NCBI RefSeq assembly: GCF_009914755.1
Contig: NC_060944.1
Direction: 5' to 3' (one strand)
DNA: 64,000 nucleotides
Origin: the human T2T-CHM13v2.0 reference genome, Homo sapiens
In this document: positions 1 to 13,640 of the stretch, in pieces
Layout of the letters: the number at the start of each line of letters is the position of its first letter
Position numbering within the stretch: the first letter of the stretch is position 1
The notes under the pieces: model-generated
Databases searched by the model: none
What the model saw: only the letters and a program-made list of their open reading frames with translations
What the model was told of the DNA's origin: nothing
Made by a program: the position numbers and the translations under genes

Positions 1-79
1 CATGTTCACTATAAAGCTCACAATTTTCTAGCACAAGCTAGTGTTTACTTTCTGGACACACACCACCCCAGCCATCCCA

Positions 80-1015
80 TTGCATAATCAAAAAAACTAA
101 GAGTATCCTGAATCATCTATTTCTCTGAACAACCTCATCTCCAATCTTTCCAGGAATATAGAAAGCATAATGAAGACTAGTCCAGCAAGGACTTCAACCC
201 ATCAGAAGGGGCCCCAGGTGTAAATAACTAGTCTTTGCCAACTGGAGACTTTGGTCAAATCCCGCACCACCTCCTGTTGGTTTACCTTCCAAATGACACT
301 CATTCTTCTACCTCTCTCTTTTATTGGACTCTCTGAGTCTAAGCAATCCTCCTGTCTCACCTGAAGAACCAGTAAAACTTACTCTTTTCCATTATATGTC
401 ATCCAACACCCCTCCACCCCCATGATCATCCTCCATACTGCAATTACAGAGCTCTGAAAGATTCACATATGATCTTTACTGCAACCGCTTGAAGCCCTTC
501 AACGCACATCCATTGATGGGGCAAAGAACAGCTTGCTTCGTGGTACCTGCATACAGCAAGTCAGCTTTAGCAACTTGGCCTTCTGTGCACAACCTCACCC
601 CATGTTTCCTGTGTTCCAGAGCCACTGCCTTTACTAATTTTTTCATTTCTCTTACTCGTTTTATCCCCTCTCTCCTATAGGCTTTTGTACCTGCTGACCC
701 GTTTGTCTGAAATACTCCCTCCACAGTTCTCCTTTGACTTGAATTCATCTTTCAAGGCTTGTGTCATCCTAAGAAGGAAATGGGATGGGTCATGTTTCTT
801 GATTGCCACTCTCTTAGGACCTTGGAAGCATATAATCTGTTTGTAGATTCAGGATCATTGGTGTAAAATCTTCCCATTAGATTGTACCTTCTCTGACAGG
901 GACCAAATGTTTTTGCTCATTATTATTTTTCCAACTTTAGCAGACAACCCAGCACATAGCTGTCACTCATTCAGTCAGCCGACGTATATGAACTATTTGT
1001 CAAAGGAATAAATCA
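80..1015 (+). mobile_element. L2 LINE, degraded 3' portion
   Basis: Degenerate L2 3' motifs: ttttgtacctgctg...ctgaaatactccct, and cccagcacatag...tatttgtcaaaggaataaat resembling the L2 tail. Confidence 0.55.
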
Positions 1016-1030
1016 GTAGAGGATCCAGTG

Positions 1031-1033
1031 GTT

Positions 1034-1069
<36 letters not shown>

Positions 1070-1368
1070 TGTATTTTTTGAGATGGAGTCTCACTCTGTC
1101 GCCCAGGCTGGAGGGCAGTGGCATGATCTCAGCTCACTGCAAGCTCCGCCTCCCGGGTTCACGCCATTCTCCTGCCTCAGCCCCCTGAGCAGCTGGGACT
1201 ACAGGTGCCCGCCACTGCACCCGGCTAATTTTTTTTATTTTTTTATTTTTAGTAGAGACGGGGTTTCACCATGTTAGCCAGGATGGTCTCGATCTCCTGA
1301 CCTCGTTATCTGCCCTCCTCGGCCTCCCAAAGTGCTGGGATTACAGGCGCGAGCCACTGTGCCCGGCC
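1031..1368 (-). mobile_element. AluY with (AAC)n tail and 12-bp target-site duplication
   Basis: AluY-type positions (gcaagctccgcctcccgggttcacgccattc; ccaggatggtctcgatctcctgacctcg). TSD gaggatccagtg at 1019-1030 and 1370-1381. Confidence 0.95.
1035..1068. repeat. (GTT)n microsatellite derived from the Alu tail
   Basis: About 11 uninterrupted GTT units. Confidence 0.95.
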
Positions 1369-1766
1369 CGAGGATCCAGTGTTTTACCCACATCATTTGG
1401 GCCCCACTCTTGCTATTGTGCTTTCTAGTCTTATTTCTCTAAAGAGAAAATATGGTTTGCAGAAAAATTCTAAAGTGATAATGGATTCCTCTATCATGCA
1501 GGGACATTGAGGTCATGATACTTCCTTCGTAATTTTGTTCAAGAACGTTTCTGGCCATCTTAACCCCATGCTTTGTTATTAAAAACTTCACACCAGGGAA
1601 AAGTGGACTTTAAGAATGCACAGGTACTGTTGGCTCTTCGTGTGTGATGGGGAGGGATACGTAATCAGTATTTCTGAACCCCCAAAATATAAGGCAATTC
1701 TTAAAGTTGCCTTGTGAAAATCCTTCACTATGTACTTACTACATGCATCAGGGTGAGAAGCCAGGG

Positions 1767-1986
1767 CACTGGTCATTAACGGGGGTGATTTTGCTCCTTC
1801 ACCCCCAGGGAATATTTGGCAGTGTCTGAAGACATTTGTGGTTGTCATAACTGTGTGGAGGTTGCTGCTGGAATCCAGAGCCTGGAGGCCAGGCATGCTG
1901 TTAACTATCTTGCAATGCTCAGGATGGCCCCATCACAAAGAATGATTTAGCCCAAAATGTAACATTGCTGAGGGTGAGAAACACTG
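1767..1986 (+). mobile_element. MER20 (hAT-Charlie MITE)
   Basis: gggggtgattttgc...atttggcagtgtctgaagacattt...cccaaaatgt...tgagaaacactg follows the MER20 consensus end to end. Confidence 0.85.
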
Positions 1987-3384
1987 GTTTAGGGCATTCA
2001 GAAATCTCCCAACTCACTCGAAGAGACCAACAGAGCCTATTTTGCAGGAATGTTTCTGAAGGGAGTCCACAGTAGGCATTTTCTGCTGGTGTAGATTTGG
2101 CTTCTTCTAATCTTCGGTATTAACAGTCTCCAAAAAGGCAGGAACCATGGGACAGACACATTAGAAAAAGGCTGGGGGCGGAGAGTGCTTTGTAAATATT
2201 AACCCAGCTGTGGAGGCCACATGTATCTTTGAGTTATGACCTGATAAGGCTTTTGAGAGCTTTTGCCAACTTCATGTTCAAGAAAAACACAGAAAAAATT
2301 TAGCTGATGATATCCTTGATGCAATTTTCCTTTAAGCACAGCCTCATAAATACCAACTATAGAGTCCAACTGAACTTATTGGAAATTTCCCAAAAACCTT
2401 GGAAAATAGACAAGTGCAGGTGGTAAGATATTTACTGAAATGAACTGTCTGTGAATGAAAAATATATGAGCAAAATAGATATTTTATCTGTCATTTTATT
2501 CACAGAAAGAGATCCATTAAGTTTCTCCATTTCATTCTGCTCCTGTTTGGTGAAAGCACTTTAAACTAGATCTTCATTTTCCTTTTAAAAAATCAGTATG
2601 GAAAATAGGGGACTTGACACCCCCTCCCCCTCCACTCTGCTGCCACGAAAACGAAAAAAGAAAAGTAAATTTTTTTAAAGCCTCGGAAGAAACTTCTGAA
2701 AATACACAACATGACTTGTTACTGAATCTCAATCTTATAGGTAGAATGGAAAAAAACAGGGAAACTGATGCTTAAATAGAATTTTAAAGTCGTTTTGACC
2801 CTGTCCAGGCAAGTAGAGTTGGTCACTGAAAATCCATATTCTTAATAAGCCAGAAAAAGCCCTGCAATGAATTAGTATTAAATAATAATCTATAAATATT
2901 ACGGAGCAACTTTTATCTGCAATGTGCTCTGCCTAAGCTAAAAGAGATTTCTTAAAATGAGTATATCATGGTCTCTGACCTCAAAGAACTTCACTCTATT
3001 TTTGAAGAAGGAGCATTTACACATAGATAGTGAAATTACAATATTATTAATTAAATGTTCTATCTCAGTGCAATTAAATTACCTTTTTCAGCAAAAGAAA
3101 TGAATTGCTTAAAATACACATACACAACTTTCAGAGTAAAACAGTTAAAGCCTTCCCACTCAATGTTTGATTTTGAGATCTTGCACAGGCAAGTTTGGGG
3201 TTAGGAGCATTGCTGAGTGACCAAGAAAATACATAAAACTCTACTCATTGAGTGGTAGATGTCAATTTCCCTGAGGCTGGCATCCACTTTTCAGCTGCTG
3301 CATGCTTCTGAACTGCTCCACATTCAGCCATTCATAAATATTTGCTGGGTTCTTACCGTAAGGAAGGCACTGTCCTAGAAGCCG

Positions 3385-3579
3385 GAAGTTTTCTAGAGCT
3401 GGCTTGCACCATCTTGCAAGGGTGAATTTCTGCATCTCTTTCCAAGCCTGCATTTTGTGACATCATATTCGTGGCTTGAAATTGGGCATAGTTGGAGTCT
3501 TTACACCATGGAAACCAGTCATGGCTTTTTTTCTCTCTTTTCTAGAGAGTTGGTTGCTAAATGTACCAGCACACCACTG
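3385..3579 (+). mobile_element. MER63A-like (hAT-Blackjack), inserted in a minus-strand L2 fragment (~3320-3860)
   Basis: gcttgaaattgggcatagttggagtctttacaccatggaa and terminal taccagcacaccactg. Confidence 0.7.
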
Positions 3580-4294
3580 GGTACACTGAAAACTAAACAA
3601 AGTCCCTGTTCCTATGAAACGTACATTGCAAAGGGTCATACGGATAAACAAATAAATATATTATAAACTATCAGGAAATGCTAAGTGCTGTGAATAAAGA
3701 TAAAACAGACTAAAGGACTAGGAAGTGGTGTGAGGTGGAGGCCTCTATTTTGTGGTTGGTGAAGGCCTCTCAGAGAAGGAGCCATTCGAGCCAAGAGGTG
3801 AAACGGGTGAGGACCTGAAATATGTTCTGTAGATGTGTATGTTTCCCAGGTCCTTCGCTGACATCAAGGTGGAATCATGATTGAAGAATAATCCAGTGAG
3901 GCCACCTGAATCAAGAAGTAGCACATGTATTTTGCAATTACTAACCAACTTAGTAAACTAACTTTGCTATCAGTCACCTGCTGCTGTTGGGTGAAGGTCT
4001 AGTCAGGAAAAATGATATCAGCCTTGGCGAGGGAAACAACTTAACTGAGGCTGATCAAGACCCAGTCTGTGAGGGCCTTATAAAAACATAAATACAAAGG
4101 GGTTCTCCATTCCTTCCCTTCTCCATCATCCTGGCAGCCTCCAATTCCCTTTTCTCTCTTGGGTGGAGCATAGATTGCCTCCTTTTTGACTTTGGTCATG
4201 GCCTATCTGCAAAGCCTCCTGAGGCCCACCTTTGACGGCTGGTCCTTAAAATATATATTTTTTCCCCATTAGAGATAGTTCTTTCTCTTAAAGT

Positions 4295-4400
4295 CAAGTT
4301 TTACAGATGAGGAAACTGAATGATGAAGCTGTCAAGCAAATTATCCAAGCTTCCAGCTCATAAGCGGAAGAACTGGGACACGAACTCAGATGTGCCTAAT
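4295..4400 (-). mobile_element. MIR fragment
   Basis: MIR core ttttacagatgaggaaactga. Confidence 0.7.
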
Positions 4401-4884
4401 AACAAGTCAGTAAATTTAGTATCTGCACTTTCACTTGATTGACTCAGTAGCTGGATTTCTGAAAAGCAGCAGGTTTTTCAAAAACCATTTTGCAAATGTT
4501 TACATCAAAGTGCTTTTTAAAGAAATAATTTTAACGCAAATGTGAGAGAAATCCTTTCTTGCCCCATAAATTGTTTTAAAACTTCTGATTCCAATGGACT
4601 TCCAAGGCCTCCCCCAGAGATTTTGACTAATTTTCCAGATACTAATATTTTGAGACCTTTTCTGTATTTTGAGATCCTGTTTCCTCAGCTGTTGCTTCTT
4701 CCCTGGATAAGATAAGTTTGTGGGAGTTGAGCTAAAGGTAGTCAAGAAAGGCTTATGAGAGAATGCATGATATGAACTGATTCATGGAAATAGTATGAAT
4801 CCCAATAAAAATGGCTATTAGTTCAAAATGTTTCCTATGTAGCATGTGTAGAGGGAAAGCTATATAGACATTAGCTTAGTAAAT

Positions 4885-5040
4885 ACAACTCTGTGAGAAA
4901 AGTGTTCTAAATCCATTTCACAGTTGAGGACATTGATGTTTAGAAAAGTAGTGTGTCATCCATCAGGTCAAATATCTAGTATACAGTAGAGGTGGGATTC
5001 AAACCCAGATCTCTGTTCCCAAAGTGTGTGTTGTTTCCAA
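4885..5040 (-). mobile_element. MIR fragment
   Basis: ccatttcacagttgaggacattga...gggattcaaacccagatctct. Confidence 0.65.
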
Positions 5041-5482
5041 GCTGTGCACCAACACTTCTCACAAAAATAAGATTTTGAGCTTTGAATAGTCACGAGTTGA
5101 CTTTGAATATTAACACTTCATTATTTTACCTTCCTCATTGTTTTTCTTCATAGTTTGAATGAAAGCTTTCAAGTTGGAATATACTGAGATATTTGACACT
5201 CGACCTTATTGTAACTTTCTATTTCAAACTGTGTGGCTTCTGACTATCCACCTGCATTGGCTAGATTAGGCTACTTCCAAATTTGGCAAAACATGCCTTG
5301 AGTCCTTGTGGTTTGCTACAACGATCCACGTCTATCTAGAACAAAGCAAGAGGCAACGTTACTAAGAGAGACATTGAGGCTGGTGGGAAGAACAGTGCTA
5401 ACTTTAGAAGAAGCTTGATAAATACACATTACCTGTATTATAATAAAGTTCTTATTTCTCAATTTTGTTGATAAGAATCTTA

Positions 5483-5809
<327 letters not shown>

Positions 5810-6004
5810 CTATGAGGACATCGAAAATTTAGAAACATAACAGCTTCTTACTCTACCAGGCTGGTCACTCTTACCAACAAGAGAATGGGTTAATTTGATA
5901 CAATGTATTCTCCTTGACCCTATGTTGGTTTCCAATGGTCACTAATTTTTTTGTATAGTTGGTCAACATCATTGCCTATGTTTTCTGTAATATAATTGGG
6001 GATG

Positions 6005-6365
6005 TGATATGGTTTGGCTGTCCCCACCCAAATCTCATCTTGAAGACTAGCTCCCATAATTTCCACATGTTGTGAGAGGGACCCGGTGGGAGGTAATTGA
6101 ATTATGGGAGTGGGTCTTTCCCATGCTGTTCTTGTGATAGTGAATAAGTCTCATGAGAGCTGATGGTTTATATAAAGGTGAGTTCCCTTACACACGCTCT
6201 CTTGCCTGTCACCATGTAAGATGTTCCTTTGCTCCTCCTTCATCTTCTGCCATGATTGTAAGACCTCCCTAGCCATGTGGAACTGTGAGTCCATTAAACC
6301 TTTTCTTTATAAATTACCCAGTCTCGGATATGTCTTTATTAGCAGCGTGAGAACAGACTAATTCA
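6005..6365 (+). mobile_element. THE1 (THE1B-like) MaLR solo LTR
   Basis: TG...CA termini (tgatatggtttggctg ... gaacagactaattca). Perfect 5-bp TSD GGATG at 6000-6004 and 6366-6370. Confidence 0.92.
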
Positions 6366-6403
6366 GGATGAAAGTTACAGTCACTACTATGTAGTCTCTA
6401 AAA

Positions 6404-6607
6404 TGGCACTGTCCAATATGGTAGCCGCTAGCCACATGTGGCCATTTAAATTTAATGAAAATTAAATAAAATTTAAAAATTAGTACCTAGTCATACTGGC
6501 CACATTTCAAGTACTCATTATCCACATGTGGCCAGTGGCTATCAGATTGGACCACACAGACACAGTAACATCTCCACCTTTACAAAAAGTTCTATTGAAC
6601 AGCACTA
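6404..6607 (-). mobile_element. MER3 (hAT-Charlie MITE)
   Basis: ctgtccaatatggtagcc.ctagccacatgtgg...ccacatttcaagtactca...gttctattgaacagcact. Confidence 0.85.
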
Positions 6608-6739
6608 TTCTACAGTGCAACTTTATTTTCAGTTTTTAAAAAACAATAATGTTTAACCAACCCTAAGCTTCTGACATCTTTAGCTTTCCCTAAAATTTCT
6701 CAAATACATATAGTGAGGGATGGAGGGAGGGACTACTGC

Positions 6740-6980
6740 ACAGAAGTTAAGATTGTGGGCTTTGATGTCAGACCCGAGTTTAAGCACTGGCTGTGCTCTC
6801 TGTTTTCTGTTTGACCTTAGTTATATCTCTTAACCCATCTAAGTTCCACTGTGTGAAGCTTTAAGAGAGAGATAATAGTAGTACTTGCCACACGGGGCTG
6901 TTGTGAAGATTAAATGAGATATTGCACACAAAGAGTTCAGTCAGGGTCGAGTGCTCAATAACATATTGCTATTTTTGCTA
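6740..6980 (+). mobile_element. MIR
   Basis: gttaagattgtgggcttt...gttgtgaagattaaatgagata...gtgctcaataa. Confidence 0.75.
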
Positions 6981-7915
6981 CTGTCAATCACTTTAAATTA
7001 CCAGTGTGGCAAAAACGAGAATGCCCAGCCAATAGTCTGTAGCCTCCTCTCCTTTCCCAGTTTGTTTGCAGTAAGGCTGGTGATGTGACTAGGGCTCTTT
7101 GAGGGATGTAACATATGTCACTTCTGGACTGAGGAATGCAGAGCCCCATGTAATCTTCCACGTTTTCTCTGACAGCCAAGGATAAGGGCCAGGGGCTCAG
7201 CTGCTAGTCACAGGGATGGAGCAACTTGGATCACCCAGTCATAGCATGGGGTTGCTCTGCAGAGCTGTCTGACCTTCGGAGGACTTTGTGTGACCATAAA
7301 CTTTATAAACAAAGTCACTGAGACTTGGAGATGGCCCATTATCTATATTGGAAGGATTGAATTCATTGGAGGCAATTAGGTTGTCTCTGATCGTAAGTTC
7401 ATCTACCTAGACCTCCTCAGCTAAACCTATTGAGGCTGGATAATATTTGGTTATATTAATTGATGTGCGTTGTATTCTTGGACTTGCCTTTTCATCTTCA
7501 TTCAAACTAAACCAGGAGTCCATTGTTCCTTAGAGAAGAGTCAAAATAGCAAAAATGTGGAGAATACGCATTTTTGTGTTTCAAAATTCTGGACACGTAT
7601 TTGAAAACCTCAACAAGAGAGCATAAAGTTTATGTCATAACTGATTTATTGGGAATAACACATGAAGAGTTAGATTTTCTCATTGCCCAGCTTGTTTTAG
7701 ATTCTCCAGACTTGTGATGTGGACCAGAAGGGAGCAGCAAAAGTATTGCTTAGGATCCCCCCAAAAGAGGTCTGAGCTCCAGTTCTGCTACCTGGAATCT
7801 GAATGACAATCAACAAGTTATGTAAGCTCCCTGGGTTTCAGGTTCCTTAGCTGTAAAACTGAGAATGAAAACATGTCAGGAAATTCTTAAGGTGCTAGAT
7901 GATGATAGTGTAGAC

Positions 7916-8105
7916 CAGCTCTGATAGATATAACTTTTGTTAATGGTAGAAATATTCTGTATCTTCACAGCCACTCACCATATGTGGCCATCGGGCACTT
8001 GAAATGTGGCTAGTGCAACTAAGGAATTGAATTTTTAATTTTAGTGAATTTTGACGTATTTAAATGGCCACGTGTAACTAGTGGCTAACATCTTGGACTG
8101 CACAG
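7916..8105 (+). mobile_element. MER3 with 8-bp TSD
   Basis: gcacttgaaatgtggctagtgcaactaaggaattgaatttt. TSD gtgtagac (7908-7915) / gtctagac (8106-8113) fits the Charlie NTCTAGAN target. Confidence 0.85.
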
Positions 8106-10879
8106 GTCTAGACTACATTCCTCCCCATCCCCATGAGTTTGCTCTACCAATGCCCCAGAACTTAGACACATAACTGTGAATTGACTGAAGAAGCATGAAT
8201 TGACGAGAATTGTTTCTTCCAGCCAACAGCATAAAAACTTGCTATAAAAATTAATTTCTATTGGAAAATAACATTTCTTTCACACTTGGTTTGGGAATCC
8301 TCTCTAGTGCCTTAAAATAGAGACCTATTTTATTCTCAGAATGATCAAGAGCCCGAATGAATTAAACTGCTGGCTTTATTCCTCTGCATCCGGCTTCTAT
8401 TGGTAACTTTCACACTAGCCAGGAAATCTGTTTGTAAGGCTGAGCAACTGGTTGTTAAAGAGGGGTCACGCCTCACGGTAACATGTGGCCCCACTAGCCC
8501 CTAAGCACTGGCATGTAGCCACTTGCTCACACCTACCACCAGACGCCCAAAGAAGCTCCAGCTCTTTGATTTAATTGTTATCCTCCTCTTTCTGCATTTT
8601 AATTTTTCTTACATTGACTCACTCCCTTAGACAGATCTGAGGCAAAGAGTATTTGTCCACCATGAGTCACTCTTACAGGAAAGGGAGAAGGATAAAGTAG
8701 CAAAGAGAGAGAAGGAGATGCACATGTGTTTATGTTTCTGAGTTCTCCATGGTTTGATTAAAATGGTTCATGGAACAGAAAGAAAACGTTGCTTTACTAG
8801 CTGTCATCGCTAAGTGCATCTTTCCATCTCTCTGTCTCTCCGTCTCTCTGTAACAGGGCACATTAAAGCAGGAGGGCTAAAGCCTCCTCCCTCCCAGGCC
8901 TGGAATTCCCTATGACCTGGGACTTGGCAAGCCCTTCCCTCTTTAATCAGTCACAGTGTTCCTGAGGCCCCTCCTCTTCCAGGAAGACCTCCCCAGGCAA
9001 AGAGGAAAAGCAACAGCAGCCAATTGCCCTTTGCAATCCACCAGCCACCCTGGCCCTCCCTCCCATCCCGTTAGTGTTTGTGGTAGATAATAGCAATTAA
9101 TTCTCTTATCTACCAAATAAATTAGATCTTCGTATTTGTCTCCATCTTGAAAACTCCTAGAGAGAAGTATATTCGTAAACTCTGTCTGTGTAGCACTCCA
9201 TTAGATAAGTGGATTGCATCCTCATTTTTCTTATCCCAACACTGCTGATGGATTATGTACATTTGCGATGACACACTCTGATTTTGATGCTCATTCCCCC
9301 AACACCCACAGAAAAAGATAATTTGCAGCTGAGTAAAGAAGGTAATTTTTAACATGGTATTTATAAAAGTGCATTATAACAAGTAAGGGTATAGCTCGGG
9401 TAAGGAAGACTCTGGGTTCTAGATCATTTCCCTGGGATAACTCTAACTCCTTGCCTTTTTCTACCACTGAAGAAAGTATATCAGTTTAATTGTATTATAT
9501 GTAAATTTGCCTCAATAAAGCTGAAGAAAAGAAAAAGACAGAGCTAAAGATAAAGGAAGAGTGACAGTACCATAGACATAACCTTTAAACTCCTCACATC
9601 TCGAAAACTTGAAAACCATATACACATTTATTTAGTTCTTTAGTTGCATTAACACATGATTTGCAACAAATCTCATAACTGATTGTGATGTGGTAGAATG
9701 TCTCAGAAAAACAAAGAACCATAAATAAAGAAAGAAAATAAAGAACTGCGTTCCATGTGGTAAGGTCTTGAGGCCTGAGGTGGATTTTTATTACTTTTCC
9801 ATCCCCCCGGCCTGGTAGGGTCCCTAGTACAACATAACTACTTAATAAATGTTTATTGAACTGATATGAATTCAACTGAAGTGTTCAACGCTATTCACAG
9901 ACTATTATGTGAAACATGGTGTAGTTCATAGTTGCAAGAATGATGAGTACTGCTCTCATCCTGAAAATAAGGAAACAGAGGTGTAGAGAGAGATGAAGGC
10001 ATTTGCCTTGTGTTTTAAAATTTGAATTTAGTGGACTTGGGATCAGTTTCAGCACTGAAACCCCCTAATCCACATATTCCCACTATGCCATGCTAGCTCA
10101 ATGAGGGCTTTGCACAGAGTACTCATACAAGCATTTCTGAGGCTTTCTGGTCCCTGATGCCATTCAGGTCTTTGGATGTTTAAAGGAAGGAAAGATTGCA
10201 AGAAGGGTAATGATACCCTGCACATCTCCATTTGGAAGAGGCTCTTTATTGACACCTGTTTTCATCAAAACGGATTATGTATTTACCCAAGGGCTGCTGT
10301 CTTCTTTATAGACTGTTAGCCTCCAAAAATAAGTATATTGACCTCATAAAGTGCTTAATTTTACCTGAGTTACTTGCCCTTTTATTTCCAAGACTTCTTT
10401 TATATTTTAAATAACCACTTTGATGTGCTCAGTGCCCTGAATGAAAGTAGTTAATCAGGCAAACGAAGAAAGTAAAATGAGTTAAGGACCAGAAGTGACG
10501 ATATCTGTGAAACTGGCTAATTTCACCACTATTGGTGGTAATTAAATGGGTGATATATTATGGCAGTGCAACTTGTGTACAGTATGCCTTTTAATCCCCT
10601 TCCCCTTCGAGTGTAAAGAGCTTTACTGAGGGAGTTGATTACAAAATCAATACATGCATATTATTTTTAAAAATATACAGAAGTGAATGAAGTAGAAAGA
10701 TAACATCTTCACCCGTAAATTCCCTTCCTTAGCCTCTCTGGAAAAAATAACTTTGAGCAACTCATACATATCCTTCTCAGCCTTTTTATTAATGTGTACT
10801 ATAAGGATATGGAAATAACATTTTAACAAGCCTACTCTTTTCATTTAAAATTTCTCTTGAGCATCTTAGATATACCTCC

Positions 10880-11037
10880 TATATAATATATACATATGCA
10901 TTTATATGTACACAAGTGTGTATATATATGCATATGTGCTTATATGTGTGCACATATGCATATGTGTATATAAACACATACACAGACACCTACTCACACC
11001 GACACATATACTGCATATACATACAAGTATACACACA
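10880..11037. repeat. TA/TG/CA low-complexity tract
   Basis: Alternating purine-pyrimidine degenerate repeat. Confidence 0.8.
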
Positions 11038-12755
11038 TTCCCAATTGATGAGCATATAGATTTTTTTAAATTTTCTATGTTATAACCTTTGCTGCAAAAT
11101 TCATCCTGTACTTATATCACTTTACAATTGTTTAATTATCCCCTCAGGAAAAGTTCCAGGGAGTAGAATTATAAAGTTTTATTTTAGTAATTTTAATATT
11201 TTAAAAATTAAATATCTACCTTTATGTGGCAGAGTAGCATGATAAACCATGAACCCTTGCTTAAAGCATTTAAATCTTAATAAACTTTGTGAAAAAAATC
11301 AGTTTCCAAATCAGAGATAACGTACAGAAAATGCCTAGCATAGTGCCTAGGATAGAGGAAGTCCTCAAAAAATGTTAGTTTTAAATACAAACAAACCATG
11401 TCAGAATGTGATGGGACCCCTTCTTCTCTTTACTGCAGATTGACTTTTGGGGAGGATTTACCCAGACAGTCTGGCTCAACAGAAGCCATGGGATAAACTG
11501 GATCCCATCGATCACAGCCCCACCCCTGTCCAGGAGCTGCCGCTGCCTCTGTGTACTCATCCCCACCCCCAAACAGACACATCCATCACGCGCCATGCAG
11601 AGTTTATCTTCAGTGCCAGGATGGCAGCAGCAACGGGCAGAATCTCTGGATGAGAAGCCCTGGGTTGTACATTTGTGTATGTGGGGAAGGACTAGAAGCT
11701 TGGAATACATTTGTCTTGATTTTCCCAGCAATCATCAGGCAAATACTCCAAATGCAGCATTTATGAAGTAAGGGCATCTCCCATGTGCCATCCAAGGCTG
11801 TTCTCAAGTGCTTTATACCCCATTATTTCGGAGGCAAGGAGTAGAGTCAACTCTTACCCCAGGCAAAATAGGAAGAAGTTTATCTCTATGAACCCTTCAT
11901 CTCCTGCTTTGTTTTCCATCTTTGCTTCCAACGATACCACAGCACCTGCAGTCCAGACACCAGATCTTTGTCCTTTACTGACCCAAATATAACAGTCCTG
12001 TGTTCTGTTTGAATGGAGTTCTGGTGACGATCAGGTTAATCTGATAAAGTAACTCAGGATTGGGTCCCAAGAGCAGATAGCATTTGATGAGTTTCCCCTT
12101 CCCAGGTAAAAGGTACTTGCTCTCAATTTCTTAAAAGAGGAAATACCAGGCTCTGTAGCGGGGCTGGCTGAGGAGCAATATTTAGAAAAAGAGTACATTT
12201 TTTGATATCCTAAAATCATACACTCTATATGATGTCACAATCTGTCTCTGTGCCCAGTGGCCCTGGAAAGAGAGTGCTCTACATTCTCTGGGGGATTTAA
12301 ATGTAAACTAAAAGGCCCCTGAATTGAAGCCTCTTGCTAATACTCCAGTTTCCTGTTATAATTTTAGACATAATTTATCCCAAACCTTACCTGGAGTCAA
12401 GATATGAAATTAATCTTAGTGACAAACTCAGGATAGACTCTCAGACAAGAATAAGGGTCTTGATGATTGCAATAATCTTTGACCATTCTTGTGTCTGTCC
12501 CCATTTCCCAGTTGGAGACCTCTCTAACAATATTATGTAGTGGAATAAGTAAAAGAATGGAAGTCAGAAAACTAGAAGGAGGTGCTACCTCTATCCCATT
12601 TTCATTGGTGGCTTTAAGCAAGTCATTCACATTTATTTGAGCCCCAGTTTCCTCTTTCTTACTCTTGTTTGGTCAATGGTATCTGGGAGTTGGTTCAAAT
12701 GAGAGAATCAATCTGAAAGTAGCTTGGTTAATATAAATTGATTAAGAAGTGTTAG

Positions 12756-13206
12756 CTTATTCACAATAGTAAAGACATGGAATCAACTTAAATGCATCCA
12801 TCAATGGCAGATTGGAAAAAGAAAATGTGGTACGTATACACCATGAAATACTATACAGCCATAAAAAAGAATGAGATAGTGTCTTTTGCAGGAACACGGA
12901 TGGAGCTAGAGACCATTATCCTCAGAAAACTAACACGGGAATAGAAAACCAAATACCACATGTTCTCACTTCTAAGTGGGAGCTAAATTATGAGAACTCA
13001 TGAACACAAAGAAGGAAATAACAGACACTGGAGTCTACTTGAGGTTGGAGGGTGACAGAAGGAAGAGGAGCAGAAAAGATAACTGTTGGGTATTGGGCTT
13101 AATATCTGGTGACGAAATAATCTGTACACCAAACCCCCATGATGCAATTTTATCTAAGTAATGAACCCTCACATGTACCCCGAACCTAAAATAAAAGTTT
13201 GTAAAA
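12756..13206 (+). mobile_element. 5'-truncated L1 (L1PA15/16-like) inserted in a MIR
   Basis: L1 ORF2 end plus 3'UTR (aacagacactggagtctacttgagg...aacctaaaataaaagtt). TSD aagaagt(g/c)ttag at 12744-12755 and 13207-13218. Confidence 0.9.
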
Positions 13207-13459
13207 AAGAAGTCTTAGTTTTATCATTTTCATTATTGCTATTATTATTACATCTTTGGTGAAACAAACACAAAAACAAAACAGCAATCCATGCCAGCAA
13301 GATTCTTTGACCTATTTCAAGAAAACATTGGCAAATCAACATCTAGCACATAATACTGTGAGGAACCAGTGAGCTGCACAACGTAAGAACAAGTGAGGAT
13401 GACGTGAAGGAATCTGGATGTTAGGGCAGGCCAGTTCTTTCCTGAGTCTTTAAAGAAAC

Positions 13460-13640
13460 ACTCATTGAAATCCTTAATATGTGCCAGGTGCTATAATGAA
13501 TTATTTGCATGCATTACACCATTAAGCCCTCACATCAGCCTTATTAAGTAGATAAACACATTATCCCCATCTTACAGATGAGGACAGAGAGGTCCAGAGA
13601 TGTGAAATAACTGGCCCCAGTTTCCTCAGCAACTAAAACT
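13460..13640 (-). mobile_element. MIR
   Basis: tatgtgccaggtgct...ttatccccatcttacagatgagga. Confidence 0.75.
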
